Positions 39,748-48,466 of a stretch of 64,000 nt of DNA are shown piece after piece. Position numbers and translations under genes: made by a program. Origin of the DNA: an uncultured virus (IMG/VR IMGVR_UViG_3300033069_000905) (lineage: Duplodnaviria > Heunggongvirae > Uroviricota > Caudoviricetes); the IMG/VR virus record IMGVR_UViG_3300033069_000905, positions 62,001 to 126,000 of that record; one strand, 5' to 3'. The number at the start of each line of letters is the position of its first letter. The stretch's first letter is position 1. A model generated the notes under the pieces. It was not told the DNA's origin and did not search any database. It saw nothing but the letters and a program-made list of their open reading frames with translations.

Positions 39748-41655
39748 TCAATACGTGGCGTTAGCCCCTGTGGGGGGAGGGCTTCCCATTTCATTTCCAC
39801 CAAACGCGGGGGGATTATTTCCCCACTGAGCATCAGAATTGAAATTGTTTGGCTGTCCTTGGGGTGAGTAGCCTGTATCGGGACTATCCCCGTAGCCACT
39901 TGGGTCACCGCCACCCATACCGTCGCTCATATCGCCCCCCATACCCAGTTGTTGCTGTTTGGTGGGGTCTTTATCCTCAGAATACTCCATTGACAAGCCT
40001 GTAATGGCGTTGAGCGTCTTCACAACTTCCTCACCACCCAATACAGGGGCGGCATACTGCATGGATTGTATTTGAATCTCGTCGTTGGTGAACACGGTTG
40101 GGTTGGACGTGAACTTGTACCGTTTAGCCCCCAACGCCTTCAAAATCTTCTTGTTGATGACTTCATCGAATTCAAAACGCTCAGGCTGGAACACCTGCGC
40201 CTCTGCGGATTTGAGGGCGCTGATAGACGTTGCCAAGTTGTAATCGTTACTGATTCCTATTAGAACGCCGGGGATACGGAACGATGTTCTGATGTGCTCT
40301 TTGGTCTGATCGTCGTACTTCTGGAACATGAAGTCTGTCACGCTTGAACCAAACCGCTCTGTTTTCACTTGAACTGACCCTGCGGAGTCCAAAGAACCTG
40401 AAGTAGACGTGACTTCGACAATAGCCGCCCTGTGTTTTTGGGATGCTTTACCTGACAGGAAGTGCTGAAGCTGTTCTTTCACACCACCGACCAGCGCACC
40501 GCCTTGGATGAACATGATTGCCGGGGGGATACCGCCTGAATCAAAGAATTCAAGGTTGTATTCTTCGGCTTTTCGTGAGCCAAGTACAGAAGGCAGGTTG
40601 TTTATCCAGCGAGGCAAACCATAGTGTGTTCTGAAGTCCTTGTTGACCGTGAAGTGAATAACCTCAGAGCCTAGCAAGGATTGATCTACGTTTTTATCAT
40701 CAGGCTCAATCCACGCCGCTGTCTTTTTGTTAACTTGGCGAGATGATCCAAAATCACGGTAAAAGACAAGATTTGCCCCCACCTTGTAGCAGAAACGGCG
40801 CTCACGCATGGGTAGTGTTGCTGTGATTTCAGTGCCGCCGCGCATCACGGCGACATCCACATTCACGGGGGCGTCCAGCTTAACCAGACGCATCATGACG
40901 GATTCTAGGTGACGAAGGAAGACAACTTCGCCTTTGAGATTCCGAATGACTTCCATGTAAGCGTTTCCGGTCGCCTCTAAATCAACACGCAGCTTTCTGC
41001 GCAGTGTAACGAAGGACATGCCGGGGAAAGGCTCATCAAAGAAATGCTCAAGCATTTCCTTTTCTTTATCCACTTCGGGGGATGATTCTTCTGTTTCTTT
41101 AGGCCCAGCGCCCACAGCCGTTGCAGGATTAGACGGTACAGGAACGGTAGTTGAGGGGTTAGGTTGGGGTGTATTAGCAAAGGCGTCCTGCGGTATATCT
41201 GTGGGATTCTTTGCGAACTTTAGCACTTTAGCCACTGCTGTCCCCTCGGAAGCGGGTGCACTGTCCTTTAGGGGTTCAGGCTCTTTAACTTCTGTATCGC
41301 CTCCACCAACGTCCCCTGTTTCCTTGTCTTCTTCAGGCTCAAGTAAATCAAACGTGTGACCCGTACCGTCGATGTTGACTTCCATCGTCGTGATACATTG
41401 CTGAAGAATGTTGTTTCGGGTAACTAAGGACGCTAGAACAAGGGGATTGAAGGGTGGTTCAATGACTACGTTAGTATTTTTTTTATTAGAAATGTACAGA
41501 CCCTGAAACTCATCTTCCATGATGAGAACATCAGAAGTCACTACCTGTGTGTCCTTCTTGGACGCTTTTCTAATAAAATGAATCTGTGGGCCGTCACCGT
41601 TGTCGTCTACAGATTTTGCGTATTTGATCATGTCTAGCCCCAAGGGATGCTGCAA
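39748..41655 (-). CDS. Portal protein (PBSX family)
   Basis: IEPPFNP, DLEATGNAYMEVIRN, EVIHF...YGLPRW, FFDSGGIP, FRIPGVLIG; start may be ATG 41631. Confidence 0.9.
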   Translation of the reverse strand: MQHPLGLDMIKYAKSVDDNGDGPQIHFIRKASKKDTQVVTSDVLIMEDEFQGLYISNKKNTNVVIEPPFNPLVLASLVTRNNILQQCITTMEVNIDGTGHTFDLLEPEEDKETGDVGGGDTEVKEPEPLKDSAPASEGTAVAKVLKFAKNPTDIPQDAFANTPQPNPSTTVPVPSNPATAVGAGPKETEESSPEVDKEKEMLEHFFDEPFPGMSFVTLRRKLRVDLEATGNAYMEVIRNLKGEVVFLRHLESVMMRLVKLDAPVNVDVAVMRGGTEITATLPMRERRFCYKVGANLVFYRDFGSSRQVNKKTAAWIEPDDKNVDQSLLGSEVIHFTVNKDFRTHYGLPRWINNLPSVLGSRKAEEYNLEFFDSGGIPPAIMFIQGGALVGGVKEQLQHFLSGKASQKHRAAIVEVTSTSGSLDSAGSVQVKTERFGSSVTDFMFQKYDDQTKEHIRTSFRIPGVLIGISNDYNLATSISALKSAEAQVFQPERFEFDEVINKKILKALGAKRYKFTSNPTVFTNDEIQIQSMQYAAPVLGGEEVVKTLNAITGLSMEYSEDKDPTKQQQLGMGGDMSDGMGGGDPSGYGDSPDTGYSPQGQPNNFNSDAQWGNNPPAFGGNEMGSPPPTGANATY

Positions 41656-41880
41656 TTACTTGCATTCTACCTTTATTAGAGGCTCATAAACAAACTTTTG
41701 TTTGCACGACCGGCACTTCCACCGTGCGGGTGGATTAAGGTACTCCACCAGTTGAACTTGGTTTCGTGTTCCGCACCTTGGGCAGCTTGCACCGTAGGCA
41801 CACAACCGTTTTCTTCTGTGCAGGTAGGCATGAACGGCATTAGCCGAAGCACTACCGCCATAAAGCAGTTCAAGCGTCAT
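41656..41880 (-). CDS. Small Zn-ribbon protein
   Basis: CPRC...CRSC; the start overlaps the end of the upstream gene. Confidence 0.55.
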   Translation of the reverse strand: MTLELLYGGSASANAVHAYLHRRKRLCAYGASCPRCGTRNQVQLVEYLNPPARWKCRSCKQKFVYEPLIKVECK

Positions 41881-42103
41881 GGGTTTCCTTTGGGGGATGA
41901 TACTCCCCTTTATCATCCACACAAAATAAAGTATCTGCTTCAGCCAGTGCACGCCAACGATCCCCCAAGTCACATGCGGCCATGAACTGCATGTGCTTAC
42001 GATCTAATAGACCAATGTTCCGATTACTTTGTAAGGCTTCTAAAAACGTCTTTTTGTCCCTTGTGATAGTCGTCCCAATCATCACCGCCACAATTTCTTT
42101 CAT
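41870..42103 (-). CDS. Hypothetical protein
   Basis: 77 aa; ATGA overlap with the GIY-YIG gene. Confidence 0.5.
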   Translation of the reverse strand: MKEIVAVMIGTTITRDKKTFLEALQSNRNIGLLDRKHMQFMAACDLGDRWRALAEADTLFCVDDKGEYHPPKETHDA

Positions 42104-42909
42104 GTCACACCTTTAGCTTTTTCCCTATTTCTTAGAGTGCTAGCACGCTTCCTCGCTTTTTGCTCTTCTGTAAGGGTCAATGATTTATTTTCATCCCTGC
42201 GTTTAGCGTAGTACGCTAAATGAGAAATCCTCAACTTTTCACGTGTTTCTTCTGAAACTGGTGGGCGTGCCGCCCTAGCCGCGTCAAGCTGCGCTTTTCG
42301 TTCGGCTGTGAACTCTAGTTTTTTATGTGACTCACTGATTTTAGCTTTCACAGACGGGCTATGTGCCTTCCCTAAGTTAGCAGCACGTAATTTGGCTTTT
42401 GTTTCGTCTGTAGTAACCCTCCCTTTTTGAGCTAAACTAATCTTAGCCCTGACTTCATCAGGCAACTTTTTACCCTTGTTTCTGGCGTGGCAATCTAATA
42501 AGTTCTTAAGAGAAACAGCGGAAAAACACTTACGTAGTTTATCCCTTGTGGCCTGAGAAACAGGCTTACGGTACTTTGCCGATTCCCTGAGTTTATTTCG
42601 TGTAGCGTCAGAGTGGATTAATCCGTAAGCACCCTCGCCGCCTTCCGTTAAATTTGTTAAAACCTTGCCGCTTACAGTTCGATACTCGGCAATAAGCTGC
42701 TTCTCTTTTTTACACGCATCTCCCCAACTCAAACCACTTTGCAATATGTTGACCATGTAGCCATGCTTTGCTACGGTACGGTGCCAATGCGGGTTTCTGG
42801 CGTAGACACTCCAAGGGCGACCACGCGCACCGATACCCACATAAAACACAACGTCATCTGTTATCCTACTGTGTGTGTATAACATAACATTGTCTTTTTT
42901 AGTTGTCAT
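42100..42909 (-). mobile_element. Free-standing GIY-YIG homing endonuclease with NUMOD3 repeats
   Basis: YTH...FYVGIG...R...EKQLI...LTNLTEGGEG followed by repeated SxETRxKLR/KIS motifs. Confidence 0.85.
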
Positions 42910-42940
42910 TTATTCCTACGATTTAGTAAGTTACCCCCTA

Positions 42941-45900
42941 TTATAACTTAAGCTTGGTGAGCGCAGACCACGAGGGGCCAATTTCCACATCACAGGAAAA
43001 CTTCACCTTCGGTTTCCAATGCACTTGTTCAAAGGGAAGATTCTCCATAATCTCTTTGTACCGCTTCGCGTAATACTCCACGTTGTCTTCGGGAAGATAA
43101 AACACCAACGCATCATGACACATCATCACCACCGGGGCTTTCTTTGTCAAGCCTTCACGATGCATAATTGATGTTGCCCACAAAGACATGTCAGACAAGC
43201 AGCCTTGCACGGGCGAGTTGACTGCTCTACGCAGTTCCTTGGACGCTACCTGCTTGTCTGAGCTATTCAACAACGGTAAATGCCTAATTCGACCTAGCGG
43301 GGAGTGCGTGTAGCCGTACTTCTTGGCGAAGTCCTTGTACCTATCGTGCCATGGGATAAGGTATTTATAAGTTTCGAAAAATAAATCACGGTTAATTGTA
43401 GCCTCTTCCAAGGTCATAACGTGCCTGTAGGCTATCTCTGCATAGTCCCTGTAACCCTCTGCGCCCATGCCGTAGCAGTTTGACACAAGAACACCCGAGC
43501 AAGTGAATCTTCGGCGGGGGCCAGCGTTCAGAATATCATATACCCTAACTCTTTCAGTTTTAAAGCCAAGGCTTCGTAATTCTTCTGCTTCTTTGCGATT
43601 ACGTTCTTGCATCGCTCGATAATCTGTTCCCCTGACAACCCCGCGTACACCAGTTCTCTCGTCTTCTCCAAGCTGTAAGGGCTTTTCCATTCTTTCCACG
43701 GGGTCACGATCCCCATAAAAGTAAACGTAGGTGTCGTTATCCCCGTAGTCGGCGCATAACCAAGAGTCTCTAGGCGTTGTTGCAACACTCTCCAATTTTT
43801 GCACTTCTTGGCGATTGAATCCTTGGCTCGCTGAATTATCTGCCCTCCCGTTAAACCCGCTTTGGCAAACGCTTGTGTTCTTCGGGGATGGTAAGGACTT
43901 TTCCAATCCGCCCAAAACATCTTCACGCCTTGATACGTCAGGAAGACGTTGTGATCCAAATTGCGATGGTTCTCTGAACTTGAGACTAATCGAAGATTTT
44001 CTGGTGAGTAGTGTCCTTTGTTGTCTATCCTGTCGAACTCCAAACCCTTGTAACTCCCCACAGGGAATGTTTCCAACGCCCAACGAATAAAATGCTCTCG
44101 TGATTCGAACAAGCACTTTATTCCCTTCCCTTTGTAGTCTTTTGACTGCTTGTGTGTATCTCTGTTGCAACGCTGCACCATACAGTCGTAACGTGCCCCT
44201 AAAACTTGGGCGCGTTTGTCTCCGTGATACTTGTCCCTTCTTGCACATTTCCCACCAAGGGTATGCCCCAAGTATAAGTCCCTTGCTCGAACTTGATGAA
44301 AGGTTCCGCACAGAGAGCAATCCATTCGCACTATGTCCGAATAGAACCGTGGAGACTCCCCCTTTGCTAACGTCATCGTACCGAAGGATCGGCTTTCCAG
44401 AAACGCTTGCAGTTCTTGCAAGCTTGGCACCTTCTTTAGCGGCTTGCTGCAATTCGATTTTTCTTCCGTCTTCTGTCCAGACGTTATGGTTTGGTGTTGC
44501 GCTAACTCCGTCCCATTCAAAGACTTCGAACCACCCTTGATGAATAATACCGTCATGATTAACCCACTCCAATCCGTCCCACAGTTTATGGTGTGCTTCT
44601 ACGTCTTGGATTTTAATATTGCCATTGCTAGTTAAGCAAACACTATTTGAAGGTAAAGCCAAGCCGAAGTTAGCTCCCTTTGCCGCCTGACGCTTATCCT
44701 CGTAAATCTTAGCTAGGGCGGGGTTTTCATTGTCTTTGTAGGACATGAACGTTTCAAAATCAATCTTGGCAAGACCCGCCCCCGTAACCGCATGCAAGTC
44801 AAGGTCGTTGGCATAGGCGTTCAACATCACAGGGTCACCGCTTAAATCTGCGGCTATGCGTAATTCCCCTTGCCCGTAGTCGATATTGCACACCACAAAT
44901 CCGGGTGGGGCAATATACGCCCTGCGTAACGGCTTTGCCCACTTCGTCTTCTTGGGCACTGTATTGTGCACTACCATCCCGTTAGCAATGAATGAATGGC
45001 TACCCGCGATAGTTAAATCAAAAGTTTCTTCTGGTGTTATGGCTTCAATGCTTACGATGCAGTCTTTACTGAATCCCCCCACCAAGGCTTGACAGGCATG
45101 GTAAGGGCTACTGTCGGGTTCAACCCTCTCCGCAGCCTCGCGGCTAACGTAGCTGGTTTCATGTTCATCTGAACAGCCCACTCGATTAGGTGCTTTCTCT
45201 CCCCCATAAATTCGATGTAGACACTGGCCCTGCGATTCCGCGCCTGTTCCGAATCTGTCGCCCACCTGCAATTGTCTAAGCTGTAATTCCCATTCGTATC
45301 CAACCTGTCTAATGATTTCTTCTGTGGCTTCTCCCCCATGTCTTTCAGAAATATCTCGAATGACTCTTTCCAAGAAGAACAGACTATGATCCCTCTCCCC
45401 CCATAGTCCTTGTAGTCTTTGTCGTTCGGGTTGTAACATCTGGACAGCATGTGCTGCCATGACCAATAGGTAGATGATGTCTTCCCTCTGCGGTTGTGAC
45501 CATGTGTTGTTAGCCTGTCCCGCCTGTAACAACCACAAGACATGCTCGGAGTCGTTACAGTCAGTGACCCCGCCCGAAGCTCCCGAATGGTTCCACATTC
45601 GCACTGGCAGACGTATCTCCGATGGCCGTCCAGAATCGTACCCAAGTCCTGCACGACTGTCCAACGCCCTATTTTCATCCCCGCCACCACGCGCTGCTTC
45701 TTCATAGTATCTCCACACCGAAGCCCCAACTTCTAGTTTGTCGGCTTTAACAAACCCAATATCAGTTAACCACGGGTGATTAGTTGTGCATTCAACAGTT
45801 GCCCCTGATTTAGTGGTAATCCGCAATAACGGTTGTACACCGTTACGATAAGCACCAATCACGGGCTTCCACTCACCAGTATGGGTTAGTACCGTAAATC

Positions 45901-48466
45901 CTTCCCCGCGCTCTACGCCCTGAACCACAGAGAGTATAGTGTGTTCTCCCTTTTCGGTCAAGACTGTAGTGCTACCTTCTAAACATTGAAGCGCCGGGTC
46001 TGTGATTGAGATGCGGCCTGTGTTGTGCGTTACCACGCCCCCCGACACATGCGAGTAGTTATCCGCCACTGAAACACCAAAGGTAGGCTCAGGCTCTTGG
46101 TCTTCAATGCAAACAACGGATGCTTCATAAAAATTATTGGGGTACGTCCATTGCGGGTCTTTATTCCACCGTTTGCCTGTTCTGGCGTCACGCACACTTT
46201 CCCTAGCCACACCAAGCATCTTGCCAAGAACACCGTCGCTTAATGTTGACGCACGAATTAGCTGCACAGACTCCCATGTTAGTTTTGCCTGTGATCCGCG
46301 TGTCTTATTAAGCCGCCCTTGCTGCGAAGCATCGTCACGATTGGTTTTCCCAGAACCCCAAGCTAGATTTCCAACCGTGTTATCCCAAGCAATGCCGTTC
46401 AAGTGCATAACTTCGGTATGTCCTTCGGGGTTTGGTATGAAGGCTAACGCCACTAATCTATGCAGAGAAAAATCTCTGCGGTCTTCTCCCCTGACCTGAG
46501 AACCGTTCCGCGCAAATTGAACTTTTAAATGCCCCCACTTACCCTTCTGATGCGCCTTTATAATCTTACCGCTGTAGTGTGACTTGACGCGCCCCCAACT
46601 AGACACTGAGTAGCCCCAATCAGGAACGGGCTTCCATACCTCAACGTCTGAATGGACAGTAACGGAGTCCCCGACTTTCAAATCTTCGGCATTAACCCAC
46701 GCACCATTAGAAAGGTAGGGGTGGTTATTCGTCGTCCGTAGCGACAAACCGTTAGACAGAGTTACCTTTTTAATCGGCTTAATACCGTTGGGTATAAAAT
46801 CAAAAACAGCTTTCGGTTCCCCTGTGTGAGAGATAACTAAGTCATTGATCTTTACGTCTTCAATAGGCAAGTAACCGCGATTGGTTAGTATTAGCTCACC
46901 AGAAGGAAAGCATACAGCACCAGCGTCACGCTCATCGCTTTCCAACGCACCCCGATACAATGAATACCCTGCATGAAAACGGTCGTCATACCGAAGATGC
47001 TTCATGAACCCCACAACGTAAGTGCTCAGGGTTTTTGAAATGTCCTTGTACTCTTTCACCACTTTGATGAAGGGTGCAGCAACAGGATTCTTCTCGAACT
47101 TCAAGAAGTGTTCCATCGCCGTTGATGGTTTGGGTAGTCCTGTCTTTTTGTCGGGCTTCGGGGTAAACATTACGGGCTTTAACTTCATGCCCAATTTTGA
47201 AAAGAAGAAGCACCCCAACATAGCCGCTCGGGACAAGTCCAAGTTGTCTCTGTACTTGGCTTTTATTCTCCCCGGCAGCATGGCTAGGGCACGTACAGCG
47301 TTGTTTTTTGTGTCAGCCTGTAGCTCACGCTTGAATTTATTATAATAAACCGTGTCGACCAGAACACCGACTTGCTCAACTTCTTCATACGCCCGTGCGG
47401 CAGGGTGCAGGATTTTTATGTAAAAGTTAGCCAACATGGGAAGGTCGTGCACATCACCCACCCCGTCTAAGGTTGCAGGGTAGCGGTAAGTAACTAGCTC
47501 GTGCCGCATCTTCTCCGCAGCTTCTAGGCAGACTGTCGTATCGTATCCGCAGTACGGAAGAAGAACATCAGGCGGAACGTCTTGGGGGCGTGCTATGTCG
47601 TAGTTCTGGTTTAGCTCTAGTTCATACCCCCCGTAGATCGTGTAAACGTGAGCGTGCGTTTTCAAACTATTAGAACGGTTTTCGTCCAGCAGACTCCCCA
47701 CCAACAGGGTGTCCATCTTGAAGTTGGTGCAGTGAATCCCCCACTTCTCGTGCAGCCAGTTTAGATCGTACTTTAGGTTCGCCCCCTTCATCGAAACTTG
47801 GGGGTGAGTAAGGATGTAGTTGACTTGAAGCCAGATTAGTTCTTCACGGCACGTAGCCGCGCCCTTCGGGTTTCTGGGTTGAAAGTCTTGATCGAAATGG
47901 ATGACGCGGGATGATTTGGTATCCAGCGAGATTTGAAAGGTGACAATCCATGTGGACTTGTCATACGCAACCAGACCCGTGGTTTCAAGGTCTATTGCTA
48001 CGTCCACCATAGTCTTTTTTGACGCTACCAAGGCGTCTAGCTGCTCTATCACGCCCGTTAAGTCCTGCACCCACTGGAAATCCAAAGCGGGGGGCTTGAC
48101 ACTCCCTGTAAGCAGCTTTCTTACCGCAAGTTTTATGTCCCCGCACAAGTCAATCGACAGGGAGTAGTCAACTGACCTGATACTGAAGGAATACGAGACG
48201 AACAAAGACGCCCCCGATGGGAGCGCCTTTTCTACACCGCGCATTGAACCTATCGTTCGGTTCTTGGGGACGATGCCTTGCTTTTTTAGCTCATCTAGGG
48301 GGTGATTTCCTAATGCTATAACTACATCACCCACAGCCGACTCAGGAAGTTCCCCTTCCTTGAATCCGATGTTCCTACACGTTACACCCGTTCCCTTCAA
48401 CAGAGGCGGCAACATCTTTGACTGGTTGGGGTCTATTCCCTTTGACCACAGTATAAGCTTTCCCAT
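42941..48466 (-). CDS. polA: DNA polymerase family A precursor (UDG-like N-terminus, 3'-5' exonuclease) with three inteins; mature protein about 809 aa
   Basis: Exo DLETTG, NLKYD, YCGYD; after splicing GAV|TGRISITDPALQ|TVP, motif A DYGQGELR, motif B RQAAKGANFGL|CYG, NSPVQG, motif C CHDA. Confidence 0.95.
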   Translation of the reverse strand: MGKLILWSKGIDPNQSKMLPPLLKGTGVTCRNIGFKEGELPESAVGDVVIALGNHPLDELKKQGIVPKNRTIGSMRGVEKALPSGASLFVSYSFSIRSVDYSLSIDLCGDIKLAVRKLLTGSVKPPALDFQWVQDLTGVIEQLDALVASKKTMVDVAIDLETTGLVAYDKSTWIVTFQISLDTKSSRVIHFDQDFQPRNPKGAATCREELIWLQVNYILTHPQVSMKGANLKYDLNWLHEKWGIHCTNFKMDTLLVGSLLDENRSNSLKTHAHVYTIYGGYELELNQNYDIARPQDVPPDVLLPYCGYDTTVCLEAAEKMRHELVTYRYPATLDGVGDVHDLPMLANFYIKILHPAARAYEEVEQVGVLVDTVYYNKFKRELQADTKNNAVRALAMLPGRIKAKYRDNLDLSRAAMLGCFFFSKLGMKLKPVMFTPKPDKKTGLPKPSTAMEHFLKFEKNPVAAPFIKVVKEYKDISKTLSTYVVGFMKHLRYDDRFHAGYSLYRGALESDERDAGAVCFPSGELILTNRGYLPIEDVKINDLVISHTGEPKAVFDFIPNGIKPIKKVTLSNGLSLRTTNNHPYLSNGAWVNAEDLKVGDSVTVHSDVEVWKPVPDWGYSVSSWGRVKSHYSGKIIKAHQKGKWGHLKVQFARNGSQVRGEDRRDFSLHRLVALAFIPNPEGHTEVMHLNGIAWDNTVGNLAWGSGKTNRDDASQQGRLNKTRGSQAKLTWESVQLIRASTLSDGVLGKMLGVARESVRDARTGKRWNKDPQWTYPNNFYEASVVCIEDQEPEPTFGVSVADNYSHVSGGVVTHNTGRISITDPALQCLEGSTTVLTEKGEHTILSVVQGVERGEGFTVLTHTGEWKPVIGAYRNGVQPLLRITTKSGATVECTTNHPWLTDIGFVKADKLEVGASVWRYYEEAARGGGDENRALDSRAGLGYDSGRPSEIRLPVRMWNHSGASGGVTDCNDSEHVLWLLQAGQANNTWSQPQREDIIYLLVMAAHAVQMLQPERQRLQGLWGERDHSLFFLERVIRDISERHGGEATEEIIRQVGYEWELQLRQLQVGDRFGTGAESQGQCLHRIYGGEKAPNRVGCSDEHETSYVSREAAERVEPDSSPYHACQALVGGFSKDCIVSIEAITPEETFDLTIAGSHSFIANGMVVHNTVPKKTKWAKPLRRAYIAPPGFVVCNIDYGQGELRIAADLSGDPVMLNAYANDLDLHAVTGAGLAKIDFETFMSYKDNENPALAKIYEDKRQAAKGANFGLALPSNSVCLTSNGNIKIQDVEAHHKLWDGLEWVNHDGIIHQGWFEVFEWDGVSATPNHNVWTEDGRKIELQQAAKEGAKLARTASVSGKPILRYDDVSKGGVSTVLFGHSANGLLSVRNLSSSSSKGLILGAYPWWEMCKKGQVSRRQTRPSFRGTLRLYGAALQQRYTQAVKRLQREGNKVLVRITRAFYSLGVGNIPCGELQGFGVRQDRQQRTLLTRKSSISLKFREPSQFGSQRLPDVSRREDVLGGLEKSLPSPKNTSVCQSGFNGRADNSASQGFNRQEVQKLESVATTPRDSWLCADYGDNDTYVYFYGDRDPVERMEKPLQLGEDERTGVRGVVRGTDYRAMQERNRKEAEELRSLGFKTERVRVYDILNAGPRRRFTCSGVLVSNCYGMGAEGYRDYAEIAYRHVMTLEEATINRDLFFETYKYLIPWHDRYKDFAKKYGYTHSPLGRIRHLPLLNSSDKQVASKELRRAVNSPVQGCLSDMSLWATSIMHREGLTKKAPVVMMCHDALVFYLPEDNVEYYAKRYKEIMENLPFEQVHWKPKVKFSCDVEIGPSWSALTKLKL
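43478..44659 (-). mobile_element. Intein 3 (394 aa), Ala1 / SN|C type; endonuclease encoded in an alternative frame
   Basis: ALPSNSVCLT...ATPNH...VYDILNAGPRRRFTCSGVLVSN|CYG, inserted in polymerase motif B. Confidence 0.88.
43528..44556 (-). CDS. HNH endonuclease nested in the +1 frame of intein 3
   Basis: CSLCG...RYDCMVQRC...YKGKGIKC...EFDRIDNKGHYSPENLRLVSSSEN, plus duplicated C-terminal modules; true start uncertain (ATG 44556 or GTG 44430). Confidence 0.85.
   Translation of the reverse strand: MTVLFIKGGSKSLNGTELAQHQTITSGQKTEEKSNCSKPLKKVPSLQELQAFLESRSFGTMTLAKGESPRFYSDIVRMDCSLCGTFHQVRARDLYLGHTLGGKCARRDKYHGDKRAQVLGARYDCMVQRCNRDTHKQSKDYKGKGIKCLFESREHFIRWALETFPVGSYKGLEFDRIDNKGHYSPENLRLVSSSENHRNLDHNVFLTYQGVKMFWADWKSPYHPRRTQAFAKAGLTGGQIIQRAKDSIAKKCKNWRVLQQRLETLGYAPTTGITTPTFTFMGIVTPWKEWKSPYSLEKTRELVYAGLSGEQIIERCKNVIAKKQKNYEALALKLKELGYMIF
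44963..45985 (-). mobile_element. Intein 2 (341 aa); endonuclease encoded in an alternative frame
   Basis: CLEGSTTVLT...CTTNHPW...TFDLTIAGSHSFIANGMVVHN|T. Confidence 0.92.
45052..45705 (-). CDS. HNH endonuclease nested in the +1 frame of intein 2 (217 aa)
   Basis: GGAG-N5-ATG start; GRWTV..CQCECG..SCGC..HG..TYWSWQHMLSRC..YGGRGIIVC..SLDRLDTNGNYSLDNCRWAT. Confidence 0.9.
   Translation of the reverse strand: MKKQRVVAGMKIGRWTVVQDLGTILDGHRRYVCQCECGTIRELRAGSLTVTTPSMSCGCYRRDRLTTHGHNRRGKTSSTYWSWQHMLSRCYNPNDKDYKDYGGRGIIVCSSWKESFEIFLKDMGEKPQKKSLDRLDTNGNYSLDNCRWATDSEQARNRRASVYIEFMGERKHLIEWAVQMNMKPATLAARLRRGLNPTVALTMPVKPWWGDSVKTAS
46022..46912 (-). mobile_element. Intein 1 (297 aa) with in-frame NUMOD4-HNH endonuclease
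   Basis: CFPSGELILT...TTNNHPY...VVTHN|T; internal WKPVPDWGYSVSSWGRVKS and HRLVALAFIPNP...VMHLNG..DN..NLAW. Confidence 0.92.

Noticed and set aside
43478..45985. Group I introns as the explanation for the out-of-frame HNHs
   Set aside because: The polymerase frame is uninterrupted, protein-splicing motifs flank both inserts, and there is no room for ribozyme cores.
46030..46233. Alternative-frame ORF in intein 1
   Set aside because: Short and motif-free; intein 1 has its HNH in frame.
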